From Quinella sp. 1Q5 (GTDB taxonomy: Bacteria; Bacillota; Negativicutes; Selenomonadales; Selenomonadaceae), in NCBI GenBank assembly GCA_014764605.1, contig JACXWG010000001.1, positions 1-62,332 on the forward strand: a DNA stretch of 62,332 nucleotides. The letters are read 5' to 3'. A program made the position numbers and the translations under genes. The notes beneath the pieces were generated by a model. It was not told the DNA's origin and did not search any database. It saw only the letters and a list, made by a program, of their open reading frames with translations. Position 1 is the first letter of the stretch. Every line of letters starts with the position of its first letter. This document shows, piece after piece, positions 46,449-56,948 of the stretch.

Positions 46449-48908
46449 ATGTCTGAAAAGCTTAAGCAGTGCTTCAGTATGTTTAGAAGGCGTTTTTTAC
46501 GCCGTGGGCAAGTCGCCGTGTTCTATGCTTTGATGATTCCCGTATTCTTCTTTGTCGGCGGAGTGGGGCTTGACTTGGGCTGGTACTATCTGAACGTGTC
46601 GAGACTCCAGAACGCGGCAGATGCGGCTGTTCTCGTTGGAGCCAATGATTTAGTTGAGCGAGAGAAAATTAATAACGTAGATAATCCTTTGTTTAAGTAT
46701 AAAATCAAGCTTGTCAATAAGTACCCTGCCGATAAATTTGCTACCGACGAGGAAGGCAATCCCCTAATAAATACGTTGCCAAGTGACAAGGTTGCTAGAG
46801 AATATGCAATGAAGAATCTTGCGGCAAGTGATTTGATTTATGCGCCGCCAAAGTTCTTTTCCGTAGCACAGGCGGCAACTGTTGAACCTTTTAAGGACGG
46901 CTACACCAGAGGCAACCCAGAAGTCAAGATGACAACGAGGCTATATCAATACGGAGAAGATTATTATTACGTCCTGCACCTCACGGAAGACATTCACCAT
47001 TTCTTTATCGGCTTCCTCCCTGACATGGAGGCTCCCGTTGTGGCAGTCGCTAAGTTGCAAGGGCAAACGATTATCTTCGATGCAAACGGCGGTTATTTTG
47101 AAAACAAAGACACCACAGAGGAACATTCCCCAATCGACTGGACGAAAGATTTTACTTCGTATGAGAAAGGTAAGCCGTTACACGACCCCAAAAGCGATAA
47201 AGAGAAAGTTCTTTTTAAAGGCTACTGGACAACAAGAGCTGATGTCAATGATTTGCCCGAAGGTACGCAGGTTCCTACTTATAAGGACGGCTTGCCTTTA
47301 ACTGAAATTTTCACTAAAGCGACAGCTAGTAATCAGCATGACGATATACTAATGGACTTTCTTAGGGGCAAAACGGGTTCAATAACTTTTTATGCTATTT
47401 GGCAGGGCACCCCCTTTAACAACAAGACACTTTGGGAGCAAATGCAGTACCTTATCGCCAAGAACGTCTACAACGATTACTGGTACGCCGCAAAAAATAA
47501 ATATGGAGAAAATCCTTATCAAAATTCGTTCACATATCTTGCGAAGTACGACGTTAACGGTGAAGTTGCTTACTACACAGAGAATATTGATTTGTCTACG
47601 AAAGATAAGTGGGATGCTAAACGTAATATTGGAGAGTCGACGCATTACTACATCGACTTTTACCAGTCAGATAGGTCAGAGCTCAAACTTGGAGATGGAG
47701 TAAGTAAAAATGACTACGGAAATATTAGGCGGACGCACTCGCTTTTTAACGTGGATATTGCATATCCTGTCCGAACCGTCAATGGCAAGAAGATATATGG
47801 TGAAGACCCATTATATTGCCGGATTGAAGCGGAGCCTTATGAAAGTGAGAAAACATACATTCGCCAGATGGTCATCAATGTAAACGTGGACAACACAGAT
47901 GACGATAAAAGACCGTTGTTTTTCTTCTATGACGGACCAGACGGCCGCACGGCTCAACAAACAGGTGGCGGAGAACACCAAAGTAACAGAGATTTAAAGC
48001 CAGACATGGCTAAACCCGTTATCTTGAACCTCAACGCGGACTTTAAAGGCGTGCTGTGGATGCCCGATATCCCCGTTGTGATTAACGGCAACGGTCACAA
48101 GTTCGAGGGTTTCATTATCGCCAAAGAATTCCGCTACCTAGACACAACCCAAGGGACGCAAGTCGAATACAGCACCAAAGGTAGAAAAACTCCAAGCGCA
48201 GGAGACCCCAAAAGTAAAATTAGAATCAACCCCGCAACCGGCGATGTTTATAGCAAAGTGGCAGAGAATAACTCCTGGGACACCAATAACCAAACGTCCG
48301 CATACAATCTTCTCAAAAATAATAACCTTATCTCGCAGGAAGATGGTAGCACGGCTGGATTTAACTTGAGTGAGGACTCGTGCTTCAAAACGTTTAAGAT
48401 AGAAGAAAAAGTTAGGTACATGTACGTTGCCTACGATAACAACTGCAAAATGATAGCAGACCCGTTTTATGAGTATGGCTACAGCGCGAAAGACAAAGAA
48501 GACCGAAAATTAATTCCGCTGTTTAAGCTCGACGAAGACGGCAATGAAGTTCGCGTCGATAAGTGGGAAGATGTGAAACTTTTTGGCAAGCCAAGATACA
48601 AAGAAAACGGACAAGAGATACCTGAGAATCAAAGAGAGCCGATTCCAAAGCAACTGACAAACAAGGATAGCAATAGAAATACTGTTCGTCTTACAAAAGA
48701 TAAAAACGGGGATGAGGTTCCGTCACCGCTCTATGACGAGGCAGGCAAAGAAGTACTTTTCTGTGATGATTACGTTACATTGACAGGTAGCTATACGGTA
48801 CTCACACTTGATAGGGTGGCAGACAACTCACGCGACCCGAAAGAATTCTTGTTGACGAAGAAGGCAAATTTAACTGACACGGACGCCGACACGGACGATT
48901 GGAAGTAA
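46449..48908 (+). CDS. Large TadE/TadG-like N-terminal domain protein (819 aa) with an InlB-B/Flg_new-type repeat
   Basis: RRGQVAVFYALMIPVFFFVGGVGLDLGWYY...LQNAADAAVLVGA matches the Flp-pilus TadE/G-like N-terminal pattern. IIFDANGGYF...FKGYWT...FYAIWQ is repeat-like. ATG lies 8 nt after GGAGG. Confidence 0.7.
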   Translation: MSEKLKQCFSMFRRRFLRRGQVAVFYALMIPVFFFVGGVGLDLGWYYLNVSRLQNAADAAVLVGANDLVEREKINNVDNPLFKYKIKLVNKYPADKFATDEEGNPLINTLPSDKVAREYAMKNLAASDLIYAPPKFFSVAQAATVEPFKDGYTRGNPEVKMTTRLYQYGEDYYYVLHLTEDIHHFFIGFLPDMEAPVVAVAKLQGQTIIFDANGGYFENKDTTEEHSPIDWTKDFTSYEKGKPLHDPKSDKEKVLFKGYWTTRADVNDLPEGTQVPTYKDGLPLTEIFTKATASNQHDDILMDFLRGKTGSITFYAIWQGTPFNNKTLWEQMQYLIAKNVYNDYWYAAKNKYGENPYQNSFTYLAKYDVNGEVAYYTENIDLSTKDKWDAKRNIGESTHYYIDFYQSDRSELKLGDGVSKNDYGNIRRTHSLFNVDIAYPVRTVNGKKIYGEDPLYCRIEAEPYESEKTYIRQMVINVNVDNTDDDKRPLFFFYDGPDGRTAQQTGGGEHQSNRDLKPDMAKPVILNLNADFKGVLWMPDIPVVINGNGHKFEGFIIAKEFRYLDTTQGTQVEYSTKGRKTPSAGDPKSKIRINPATGDVYSKVAENNSWDTNNQTSAYNLLKNNNLISQEDGSTAGFNLSEDSCFKTFKIEEKVRYMYVAYDNNCKMIADPFYEYGYSAKDKEDRKLIPLFKLDEDGNEVRVDKWEDVKLFGKPRYKENGQEIPENQREPIPKQLTNKDSNRNTVRLTKDKNGDEVPSPLYDEAGKEVLFCDDYVTLTGSYTVLTLDRVADNSRDPKEFLLTKKANLTDTDADTDDWK

Positions 48909-48921
48909 GATTCGGTTCATG

Positions 48922-48953
48922 CGTCGCAGGGAGAAATCCTTGCGGCGTTTTTT
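48922..48953 (+). terminator. Intrinsic terminator
   Basis: CGTCGCAGGG/CCTTGCGGCG stem with a 6-nt loop and TTTTTT. Confidence 0.65.
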
Positions 48954-49050
48954 ATTGCGTACGAACGCGGGAATCAACCTTGACTGTATTGACGAGTCTG
49001 CCGCGACCACTGGATGCCTCGTTCATGTTGCCGTCTACGTTGCTTTTTAT

Positions 49051-49079
49051 TTGACTGTGAAGTAGCTGTTTGCTACAAT
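49051..49079 (+). promoter_or_regulatory. Sigma-70-like promoter of ybaK
   Basis: TTGACT, 17 nt, TACAAT. Confidence 0.5.
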
Positions 49080-49109
49080 CAACTAAAAATTTTCGCGTGA
49101 GGTAATCAA

Positions 49110-49592
49110 ATGACGAAGAAGATAAAGAAGACGAACGCCGCCCGAATCCTCGACGGGCTGGGCATTGCTTACGAGATAAAAACTTACGCGGTGGACGAGA
49201 ACGACCTATCAGCGGTGCACGTCGCCGAGGTCAGCGGCCTTGATATTGAGATGATTTATAAAACGCTAGTAGCACGCGGCGACAAATCGGGAATCATCAT
49301 GGCGGTTATCGGCGGCGGCGAGGAGCTTGACTTAAAGGCGTTGGCTAGAGCGAGCGGCAACAAGTCCGTGGAGATGATTGCGCTTAAGGAGCTGTTGCCG
49401 TTGACGGGTTATGTTCGCGGAGGGTGTTCGCCGCTGGGAGCAAAGAAAAATTATCCCGTGTACCTCGACGCCCGCGCCTTGACGTTGGAAAAGATTTCAA
49501 TCAGTGCTGGGCAACGCGGAATGCAACTCGTCCTTGCGCCGCAAGATTTAGTTAGGGCAGTAGGGGCGACGGTCGCCGAGCTCGTGCAATGA
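49110..49592 (+). CDS. ybaK: Cys-tRNA(Pro)/Cys-tRNA(Cys) deacylase YbaK
   Basis: KTNAARILD..GI.Y......V.......A......I.KTLV......GGCSPLG is the YbaK/EbsC pattern. Confidence 0.88.
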   Translation: MTKKIKKTNAARILDGLGIAYEIKTYAVDENDLSAVHVAEVSGLDIEMIYKTLVARGDKSGIIMAVIGGGEELDLKALARASGNKSVEMIALKELLPLTGYVRGGCSPLGAKKNYPVYLDARALTLEKISISAGQRGMQLVLAPQDLVRAVGATVAELVQ

Positions 49593-50602
49593 TTGATAAG
49601 CTAAGGAAGTTCTTTCGCGAGGACACAGGCGAGATTATCAGCGCGTACTTCGACGGAGAAAAGATTTTCATCGCACGGCTGACGGAGAAATTTGAAACTA
49701 CGACCCTTGACGCATCTGACGCGACGATTGATGAGCTTGCTGAAAAAATTTCGCTGGTGTGCAAGCAAAAGGGTTGGCGGGCGTCATCGGTGGGCTTTTG
49801 CCTTCGAGAGGGCGACGCCGTGACTTTTCAAACGGAAGTCGGCAACGTCCCAGAGAAAGAACTGCCTGCGATGGTCAAGAGTTGGGCACGGGCGCAGACG
49901 GGCGCGGAGGCTGTCTTTTCGTTCGCTAGAGTCGGCGAGGAACTTTGGATGGAGACTCTGCCGCGTGCTAAGGTCGAAGAAATATGCACGGCGTTCGATA
50001 AGTTCGGAATAAATTTGCGCGGCTTATCAGTCATGCCCGCCGACTTGCTGACTAAATCGCCGTTCGATAGGACAGAATTTATATCAGAAGTCGTTCGCAA
50101 CAAGAAAGACCCGAACCTTTTATCGGCGTGGAGCAGTGTGTGGAATTGGAAAAAGATTTCGGGCGCGGCGGCGGCAATTTTTTTTATTGCATTGGTTATC
50201 GGCTCGGCAAAAGTTTTCGTAGACTACGACGCGGCGGCAACTGAACTCAACGCGGCTAAGGCTTCAATCGATAACATTCGCGAAGACCTAACTTTAAAGG
50301 AAACTCTCGACGCGGACATTGACGAACTACACAGGCTAAACGACCTAGCCGCACAGATTAGCACTAGCAAGAACTTGAATCATCTAATCAATCTCGGAAG
50401 GATTGCAAGCGGTGATGTGCGCCTAACGAAAATTCGCTTGGAAGAAAACTTCATGGAATTTGAAGGCTTGACGGACAAAGCCGACTCCGTGAAAAATTAC
50501 CTTGCCCGCGTGAAAGCTTCTGTTATAAAATCGGCACGGCTTGAAAGTTCAGCGGAACGCGACGACGGCGATATTGTCTTCGTGATTCGTGCGACGCTTT
50601 AA
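49589..50602 (+). CDS. PilM/PilN-like fusion protein (hypothetical pilus or secretion assembly component)
   Basis: The N-terminal roughly 160 aa resemble a truncated PilM actin-like half. A central TM segment (AAAAIFFIALVIGSA) and a coiled coil follow. The C-terminal domain is PilN-like (VRLTKIRLEENFMEFEGLT...). ATGA overlap with ybaK. Confidence 0.45.
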   Translation: MIDKLRKFFREDTGEIISAYFDGEKIFIARLTEKFETTTLDASDATIDELAEKISLVCKQKGWRASSVGFCLREGDAVTFQTEVGNVPEKELPAMVKSWARAQTGAEAVFSFARVGEELWMETLPRAKVEEICTAFDKFGINLRGLSVMPADLLTKSPFDRTEFISEVVRNKKDPNLLSAWSSVWNWKKISGAAAAIFFIALVIGSAKVFVDYDAAATELNAAKASIDNIREDLTLKETLDADIDELHRLNDLAAQISTSKNLNHLINLGRIASGDVRLTKIRLEENFMEFEGLTDKADSVKNYLARVKASVIKSARLESSAERDDGDIVFVIRATL

Positions 50603-50619
50603 AATAAGAGGTGGGGAAT

Positions 50620-53600
50620 ATGGAACCCGAACAAAAAAATCTCATGAAGGAACTTATAATCGGTGCACTAATCGTCGTGGTGATTCTTATCATCGGCACG
50701 TTTTGGATGGGAACCAGCGTAAACGAGGACAACGCCGAGGCAGTCCGCACGGTGAGCATTCTTTATCTTGATGAGCTTGCCGGAAGACGTGAACAAGTCG
50801 TTGCCAGCAAACTAAGCGACTATATCAACGACATGAACATTGCAATGGACATAATGACCAAAGACGACCTAAGCAGCGTCGAGAAGTTACAAGCTTATCA
50901 AGCAAGAATGAAGAGGACTTACGGCTTGGAAAAATTTGCCTTCGTGGACGCGGACGGCTTGATTTACACTTCCCACGGCACCAGAGGCGACATCGGCATA
51001 TACAGCTTTGATTACAAGAACCTAACCGAGACGGAAATTTCAATCAAGAACCTTGAGAGCAACAATAAAAAGATAGTTATCGCAATGCCCGCCGATAATC
51101 TGCCCTTCGTCGGCAAAACGCTCGTGGCTTGCTTCGTGGAGATTGATGTTAATCGCATGTTGGAGGCAATGTCACTTCAGACGACTAACAGCAATACGAC
51201 CTTCTGCAATCTTTACACCAAAGACGGCGTAGCTTTGACGGGTGTCGTTCTTGGCGGGCGTTCGGCGGAAAGGAATTTGTTTTCGGCAATGGGGCGCGCG
51301 AAATTCGAGAAGGGATACCAGCTCGACAAGATGAAGCGGGACTTCGAGAACGGCATTAAAGGTTTCGTCGCCTTTAACTACAACGGCATACGCGAGACGA
51401 TGTACTATATCCCGGTTCACGGAACGAATTGGGTACTGACCTATCTGATTCGCGAAAGCATAATCAGCGAGCAAATCGATTCCATTACAGACGGAATCAT
51501 CACGCGGAGCCTAGTTCACTCTGCCGCAACTGCTTTGGTCTTAGTCGGCATGTTTATCTTGGTGATTACGCAACTAAGGAAGACAGCCAAAGCCCGCCTT
51601 GAGAAGGAGACCGCCGACGCCGAAAACCGCGTTAAACAACAGGAGCTTGAAGAGCAATTAGCACTGCAGGAAGAACTTTTAGCACAGGAACAGGAAAAGG
51701 CTCAACAGGATATCATGATACGCGCCTTGGCAAGTGATTATCGCAGTGTCTATTACGTCAATCTAGCTGATGATTCGGGCATTTGCTATCGCGGCGACAG
51801 TGGGTTAAAGGGTGCACTTACTGAGGGCGAGGGCTTTAAGTTCAGCAGACGATTTACCGAGTATGCAAATCTCTACGTTACGGCTGAATATCGCGACGAC
51901 TTCTTAAAGTTCATTGAGCCTGAAAACATACGCGAAGCCTTAGAAAATGCCGCCGTGATAATGTATCGCTACTTGGCAAATCGCAACGGCAAGGAAAGTT
52001 ACGAGATGATTCGCATGGCAAGCGTTATCGCCGACGACGGCACTAAGATTTCAAATCACGTTATCGGCGTCGGGTTCACTGACATTGATAACGAAATGCG
52101 CGACGCCTTAGCCAAGAGCCAAGCCCTAAGCGACGCCCTAAAGACTGCGGAGGAGGCAAGCAAAGCTAAAACGGCGTTCCTTTCTAGCATGAGCCATGAG
52201 ATTAGAACGCCTATGAACGCGATTATCGGTCTCGACAACTTGGCACTGCACGAACCAGGCATATCAGCTACGACCCGCAGTTACTTAGAGAAAATCGGCA
52301 CCTCGGCACAACACCTGCTAAGCTTGATAAACGATATACTGGACATGAGCCGCATAGAGTCGGGACGCATGACCGTTCGCAATGAAGAATTCGCTTTCCC
52401 TAAGCTGATTGAACAGATTAATACGATTTTTAGCGGACAATGCAAAGAAAAGAAACTCGAATACAACTGTCACGTCAACGGCGAGCTCGACGAATATTAT
52501 ATTGGCGACAGCGTCAAACTTCGGCAGGTGCTGATTAATATCCTCGGCAATGCCGTAAAGTTCACGCCCGAAGGCGGCAAGGTCAATTTAATCGTTGAGA
52601 AGACTGGTAGCTTTGATAAAAAGTCGGCGATTCGTTTCACGATAAAGGATACGGGCATTGGCATGAGCAAAGATTATCTGCCGAAGATTTTTGAAGCCTT
52701 CAGCCAAGAAGACTCGACCGCCACGAATAAATACGGCAGCTCCGGACTGGGCATGGCGATTACTAAAAGTATCGTCGAGATGATGAACGGCAAAATCGAA
52801 GTCGACAGCCAAAAGGGAGTTGGCACAACTTTTACCGTCACTGTTACCTTAATGGATTCGGATAAACACGACGCGGCGAAGGATGATGTTGAGATTCGCC
52901 CGCACGAGATGAACGTTCTTATAATCGACGACGACCCGATTGCTTGCGACCATGCTAAGTTGGTTTTAGAGAAGGCAGGCATTGCCGCTGAAACGGTTTT
53001 AACTGGTAAGGAAGCAATCGAGATGGTCAAGCTCCGCCATGCACGCCGCGAACCTTACAATTTAATTATCGTCGATTGGCATATGCCCGAAATGGACGGA
53101 CTCGAAGTCACTAAACAAATCCGCGACATTATCGGCAACGAGACCGCGATTATAATTCTGACGGCTTACAACTGGGACGACATCATTGACGAGGCAATAG
53201 CCGCCGGTGTTGATAGCTTTATCGCTAAGCCGCTCTTTTCTGGCAATCTGATTGAGGAGTTCAAGAAGGCTCTCAAGAAGAAAAATCTCAGCAATGCCGA
53301 GACAAAGACTAAAGCCGACTTAACGGGCAAAAGAATTCTCTTAGCGGAAGATATGCCCGTAAACGCCGAAATAATGATGATGGTTTTGCAAATGCGCGAG
53401 ATTGAAGCCGACCTTGCCGAAAACGGAAAGATTGCCCTGGATAAGTTCGAGAACTCGCCCGAAGGTTACTACGCCGCAATTTTAATGGATATGCGTATGC
53501 CAGAAATGGACGGCTTGGAGGCGACGCAACGAATCAGAGCCTTAGACCGCAAGGACGCCAAAACTATTCCGATTATCGCGCTTACGGCTAATGCCTTTGA

Positions 53601-53706
53601 TGAAGACGTTCAACGCTCCTTGCAGGCGGGCTTAAATGCTCACCTATCAAAGCCCGTTGAACCTGACGTTCTCTTTGAGACGCTGGAGAATATGATTAAG
53701 CCTTGA
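50620..53706 (+). CDS. Hybrid sensor histidine kinase with two receiver domains
   Basis: TM, Cache-like periplasmic region, TM, coiled coil, PAS-like region. H-box SHEIRTPMN. N/G1/G2 boxes (NAVKFT, DTGIGM, GSSGLGM). Two REC domains (DWHMPEMDG, DMRMPEMDG). Confidence 0.9.
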   Translation: MEPEQKNLMKELIIGALIVVVILIIGTFWMGTSVNEDNAEAVRTVSILYLDELAGRREQVVASKLSDYINDMNIAMDIMTKDDLSSVEKLQAYQARMKRTYGLEKFAFVDADGLIYTSHGTRGDIGIYSFDYKNLTETEISIKNLESNNKKIVIAMPADNLPFVGKTLVACFVEIDVNRMLEAMSLQTTNSNTTFCNLYTKDGVALTGVVLGGRSAERNLFSAMGRAKFEKGYQLDKMKRDFENGIKGFVAFNYNGIRETMYYIPVHGTNWVLTYLIRESIISEQIDSITDGIITRSLVHSAATALVLVGMFILVITQLRKTAKARLEKETADAENRVKQQELEEQLALQEELLAQEQEKAQQDIMIRALASDYRSVYYVNLADDSGICYRGDSGLKGALTEGEGFKFSRRFTEYANLYVTAEYRDDFLKFIEPENIREALENAAVIMYRYLANRNGKESYEMIRMASVIADDGTKISNHVIGVGFTDIDNEMRDALAKSQALSDALKTAEEASKAKTAFLSSMSHEIRTPMNAIIGLDNLALHEPGISATTRSYLEKIGTSAQHLLSLINDILDMSRIESGRMTVRNEEFAFPKLIEQINTIFSGQCKEKKLEYNCHVNGELDEYYIGDSVKLRQVLINILGNAVKFTPEGGKVNLIVEKTGSFDKKSAIRFTIKDTGIGMSKDYLPKIFEAFSQEDSTATNKYGSSGLGMAITKSIVEMMNGKIEVDSQKGVGTTFTVTVTLMDSDKHDAAKDDVEIRPHEMNVLIIDDDPIACDHAKLVLEKAGIAAETVLTGKEAIEMVKLRHARREPYNLIIVDWHMPEMDGLEVTKQIRDIIGNETAIIILTAYNWDDIIDEAIAAGVDSFIAKPLFSGNLIEEFKKALKKKNLSNAETKTKADLTGKRILLAEDMPVNAEIMMMVLQMREIEADLAENGKIALDKFENSPEGYYAAILMDMRMPEMDGLEATQRIRALDRKDAKTIPIIALTANAFDEDVQRSLQAGLNAHLSKPVEPDVLFETLENMIKP

Positions 53707-53731
53707 GACTGTTAGAAATTTAATCTGGAAC

Positions 53732-53768
53732 AAAAAAGCCCTCCGAGCAATTCAGAGGGCAAAATTTA
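53732..53768. terminator. Bidirectional intrinsic terminator
   Basis: AAAAAA-GCCCTC...GAGGGC-AAAATTTATTT between convergent genes. Confidence 0.7.
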
Positions 53769-53783
53769 TTTGCGTAAGAAATT

Positions 53784-55238
53784 TTATCCTTTAGCTTTGA
53801 GTTCCTGGAGTTTCGGACCCATGATGCGCTTGTAGGCTTCAACACCCGGCTGATTGAATGCGTCGACGTTGAGGAGTTCGCCTTCATAAGCAACCGACAT
53901 AGCCAACAGATACATGAGTTCGCCGAGATGATACTCGTTGACTTCGGGGAGCGTGAAGCAGGCGTTGAAGCGATGATTGGACTTGAGAGCGTCCGCGTTC
54001 GACTGACGAGCAACCTCAAGGGCGTCGCCCATCTTTACACCGGAGATGTCAGCGAGTTTCTTGACGTTCGGGAAGACGTTCGGGATTGTCAAATCGTTAG
54101 CCCACTTTGCAACCTTGATGAACTGAACAACCTTATCGAGCGTGCCTTCCTGATGTTGTTGGGTTTGGGAGTGCATATCGGTCGTGCCGACTGCTACAAG
54201 CGGCGTGCGTCCTTCGCAAACTTCGTTGCCTTCTTTATCGAATTGCTTGCCGAGAGACTCTGCCAACAGTTGGATATACCATTCGGACAGCGACTTGAGA
54301 TAATCGCCATAGGGCATCATGACTTCGATATTGCGCCCGTGCTTTTTGTAAGCGGCAACCTTGAGAGCCGCATTGAGCATAGCGGGGTTTTGCCAGATGT
54401 CGTCGTTCTTGCAAGCCTCGTCCATGTCGCGTGCGCCTTCAAGGAATTTTTCAATGTCCATGCCGATAACAGCCGCCGTAGAAAGTCCGACTTCGCAGAA
54501 GACAGTAAAGCGACCGCCGACGCCGTCAGGTACCGCGAAGCATTCCCAGCCGTTTTCGACAGCGATTTGCTTAAGCAGAGTTTTCTTTTCCATGTTCGGG
54601 TCAGTGACTGCGACGCATTCGACTTCGATATTAGCGTCTTTCTTGAGGGCGTCGAGGATAACCATAAAGTTGCTCATGGTGTCGAGAGTTCCGCCGCTCT
54701 TTGACATGCACATTAACATAACTTTGAACTTGCCGCCCTTGTTCGCCGCCATAGCTTTAAGGTGATTGATGATGTCGCCAGTCCTGCGCGGGTCGATGTT
54801 CTGTCCGCTGAAGTAGACTTTGGGCAAGCCGTTGCGTTGTTCAGTCGTCCACGTGTTCCAGAATTCACCGCAGAAGATGTCGAACAGAACTTTATTGCCC
54901 AGGAACGAGCCGCCGATACCGAGCGATACAACTGCGTCGACGTTATTGCGAATGCGTTCCGTGAAGTCGTGGAGGCGTTTGATTGACGCGGGCGAGTTGA
55001 GGTTAAGTTTGCCGTTCTCCTCGGTGATGTAGGGGAGCTTGGAGAAGTAAACTTTTTCGGGTGCGCCGTCTTTGCTGAGGTGAGCTTTGATAAAGCCATC
55101 CTTGCGCATAACCTTCATAGCCTCGTGAGCCGCCTTGAGGGCGTCTTTGTAGCTGTCGAGGTCAGCCTGAGTGACTTTGCCTTCGCCGAACAGATTATCA
55201 TAGTCGAAGCTGAAACCGGACTTAAGAGTTAATGCCAT
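53784..55238 (-). CDS. pgi: Glucose-6-phosphate isomerase
   Basis: SLGIGGSFLG, GGRFTV and other PGI/SIS-domain signatures. 484 aa. Confidence 0.9.
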   Translation of the reverse strand: MALTLKSGFSFDYDNLFGEGKVTQADLDSYKDALKAAHEAMKVMRKDGFIKAHLSKDGAPEKVYFSKLPYITEENGKLNLNSPASIKRLHDFTERIRNNVDAVVSLGIGGSFLGNKVLFDIFCGEFWNTWTTEQRNGLPKVYFSGQNIDPRRTGDIINHLKAMAANKGGKFKVMLMCMSKSGGTLDTMSNFMVILDALKKDANIEVECVAVTDPNMEKKTLLKQIAVENGWECFAVPDGVGGRFTVFCEVGLSTAAVIGMDIEKFLEGARDMDEACKNDDIWQNPAMLNAALKVAAYKKHGRNIEVMMPYGDYLKSLSEWYIQLLAESLGKQFDKEGNEVCEGRTPLVAVGTTDMHSQTQQHQEGTLDKVVQFIKVAKWANDLTIPNVFPNVKKLADISGVKMGDALEVARQSNADALKSNHRFNACFTLPEVNEYHLGELMYLLAMSVAYEGELLNVDAFNQPGVEAYKRIMGPKLQELKAKG

Positions 55239-55257
55239 TGATTAGGTCTCCTTTCAA

Positions 55258-56871
55258 TTACACGACGGAAGCGACGATTTCGCCAGCCTCTTCTTGAATT
55301 TGCTTAAGGTGGTCTGCGCTAACGAAGCTTTCAGCGTAGACTTTGCACATGTCCTCAGTACCGGACGGACGAGCCGCGAACCAGCCCTTATCCGTGACGA
55401 CCTTTAAGCCGCCAATAGACGCGCCGTTGCCCGGAGCCTTCGTGAACTTGCCAGTAATCTTTGCGCCGGCGAGAGTGTCAGCCTTGAGGTTTTCGGGGGC
55501 GAGCTTGCCCAACGCCGCTTTTTGTTCAGGCGTGGCGGGAGTGTCTTTGCGTGCATAGTAGAAGGTACCGAATTTGTCAGTAAGCTCTTTGTGGTGTTCG
55601 GAAGGATTCTTGCCAGTCTTGGCGGTGATTTCCACGGCGAGCAAGTCCATAATGATACCGTCTTTGTCAGTCGTCCAAACGCTAGCATCTTTGCACAGGA
55701 AGGACGCGCCCGCAGACTCTTCGCCGCCGAAGCCCATTGAGCCATCAAACAAACCGTCAACGAACCACTTAAAGCCGACCGGAACTTCACAAAGCTTGCG
55801 ACCAATATCAGCCGCGACCTTATCAATCAGCGAGCTTGAGACTAAGGTTTTGCCGACCATAGCATCTTTGCTCCAGCCGTCGCGGTGCGTGAAGAGGTAC
55901 TTAATCGCCACTGCAAGATAATGATTCGGATTCATCAAGCCTTGCGGGGTAACAATGCCGTGGCGGTCGTAGTCGGTGTCGTTGCCAAAAGCGATGTCGT
56001 ATTTATCCTTCAGCGCGATGAGGTTAGCCATAGCATAGGGCGACGAGCAGTCCATACGAACTTTTCCGTCGTGGTCAAGCGGCATGAATTTGAACGTGTA
56101 ATCGATTTCGGGATTGACGACTTTGATAGGATTCTTAATCTTGTAGACTTCATTAATCAAATCCCAGTAGAAGATACCGGAGCCGCCGAGCGGGTCTGCG
56201 CCGACGTTCAAGCCGCTGTTGATAACGGCGTCCATGTCAATAACTCTGTCCAAAGCCTCGACGTAGGGGCGCATGTAGTCCATAAAGTGAACGTTATCCA
56301 TTTTGATTGCGCGTTCAAAGGGGATACGCTTAACGACTTTATCGACGCCTTGAGCAATGATTTCGTTGGCGCGATTCTGGATAATCTTCGTGGTTTCAGC
56401 AGAGGCAGGACCGCCCGTGGTCGGGTCGTACTTAATGCCGCCGTCAGTCGGAGGATTGTGGCTCGGCGTGATGACGATACCGTCAGCCTTTTTAGCCTCT
56501 TTGCGTTCGTAGTTGTGCGCGAGAATGATACGGCTTACAACGGGAGTCGGGACGGGCTTGAAGTCTTCCTGCAAGATGATGTCGACGCCATTAGCCGCGA
56601 GGACTTCGACGCAGGAGCGCAGAGCCGGTTCGCTGAGGGCGTGAGTATCCGCACCGATATACAACGGACCTTGAATCTTTTCCGCCGTGCGATATTCGTA
56701 GACTGCCTGCGCTATGGCGAGGATATGTTGTTCGTTGAAGCTGTGGAGTTTGGAGCTGCCGCGGTGCCCCGACGTACCAAACGCCACGCCCTGAGTTTTA
56801 TTCTCTGGGTCGGGCGCGAGGGTGTAATAATCGCTTATCAAGGACGGAAGGTTGACAACAGTTTTGCTCAT
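55258..56871 (-). CDS. pgm: Phosphoglucomutase (alpha-D-glucose phosphate-specific)
   Basis: [10 protein letters not shown], active-site [31 protein letters not shown]. Confidence 0.93.
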   Translation of the reverse strand: MSKTVVNLPSLISDYYTLAPDPENKTQGVAFGTSGHRGSSKLHSFNEQHILAIAQAVYEYRTAEKIQGPLYIGADTHALSEPALRSCVEVLAANGVDIILQEDFKPVPTPVVSRIILAHNYERKEAKKADGIVITPSHNPPTDGGIKYDPTTGGPASAETTKIIQNRANEIIAQGVDKVVKRIPFERAIKMDNVHFMDYMRPYVEALDRVIDMDAVINSGLNVGADPLGGSGIFYWDLINEVYKIKNPIKVVNPEIDYTFKFMPLDHDGKVRMDCSSPYAMANLIALKDKYDIAFGNDTDYDRHGIVTPQGLMNPNHYLAVAIKYLFTHRDGWSKDAMVGKTLVSSSLIDKVAADIGRKLCEVPVGFKWFVDGLFDGSMGFGGEESAGASFLCKDASVWTTDKDGIIMDLLAVEITAKTGKNPSEHHKELTDKFGTFYYARKDTPATPEQKAALGKLAPENLKADTLAGAKITGKFTKAPGNGASIGGLKVVTDKGWFAARPSGTEDMCKVYAESFVSADHLKQIQEEAGEIVASVV

Positions 56872-56948
56872 AAAGAGTCCTCCTTTGGTTGAAGAATTTT
56901 TATCACATGCTCAACAATCGAGCGATTTAGGCAAAGTCAATTCTTTTT

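Noticed and set aside
48919-49071. 50-codon ORF in the spacer after the TadG-like gene, considered as a possible Flp-type pilin.
   Set aside because: It has no RBS and overlaps the terminator hairpin. The sequence lacks the Flp G/XXXXEY processing motif and a hydrophobic core.
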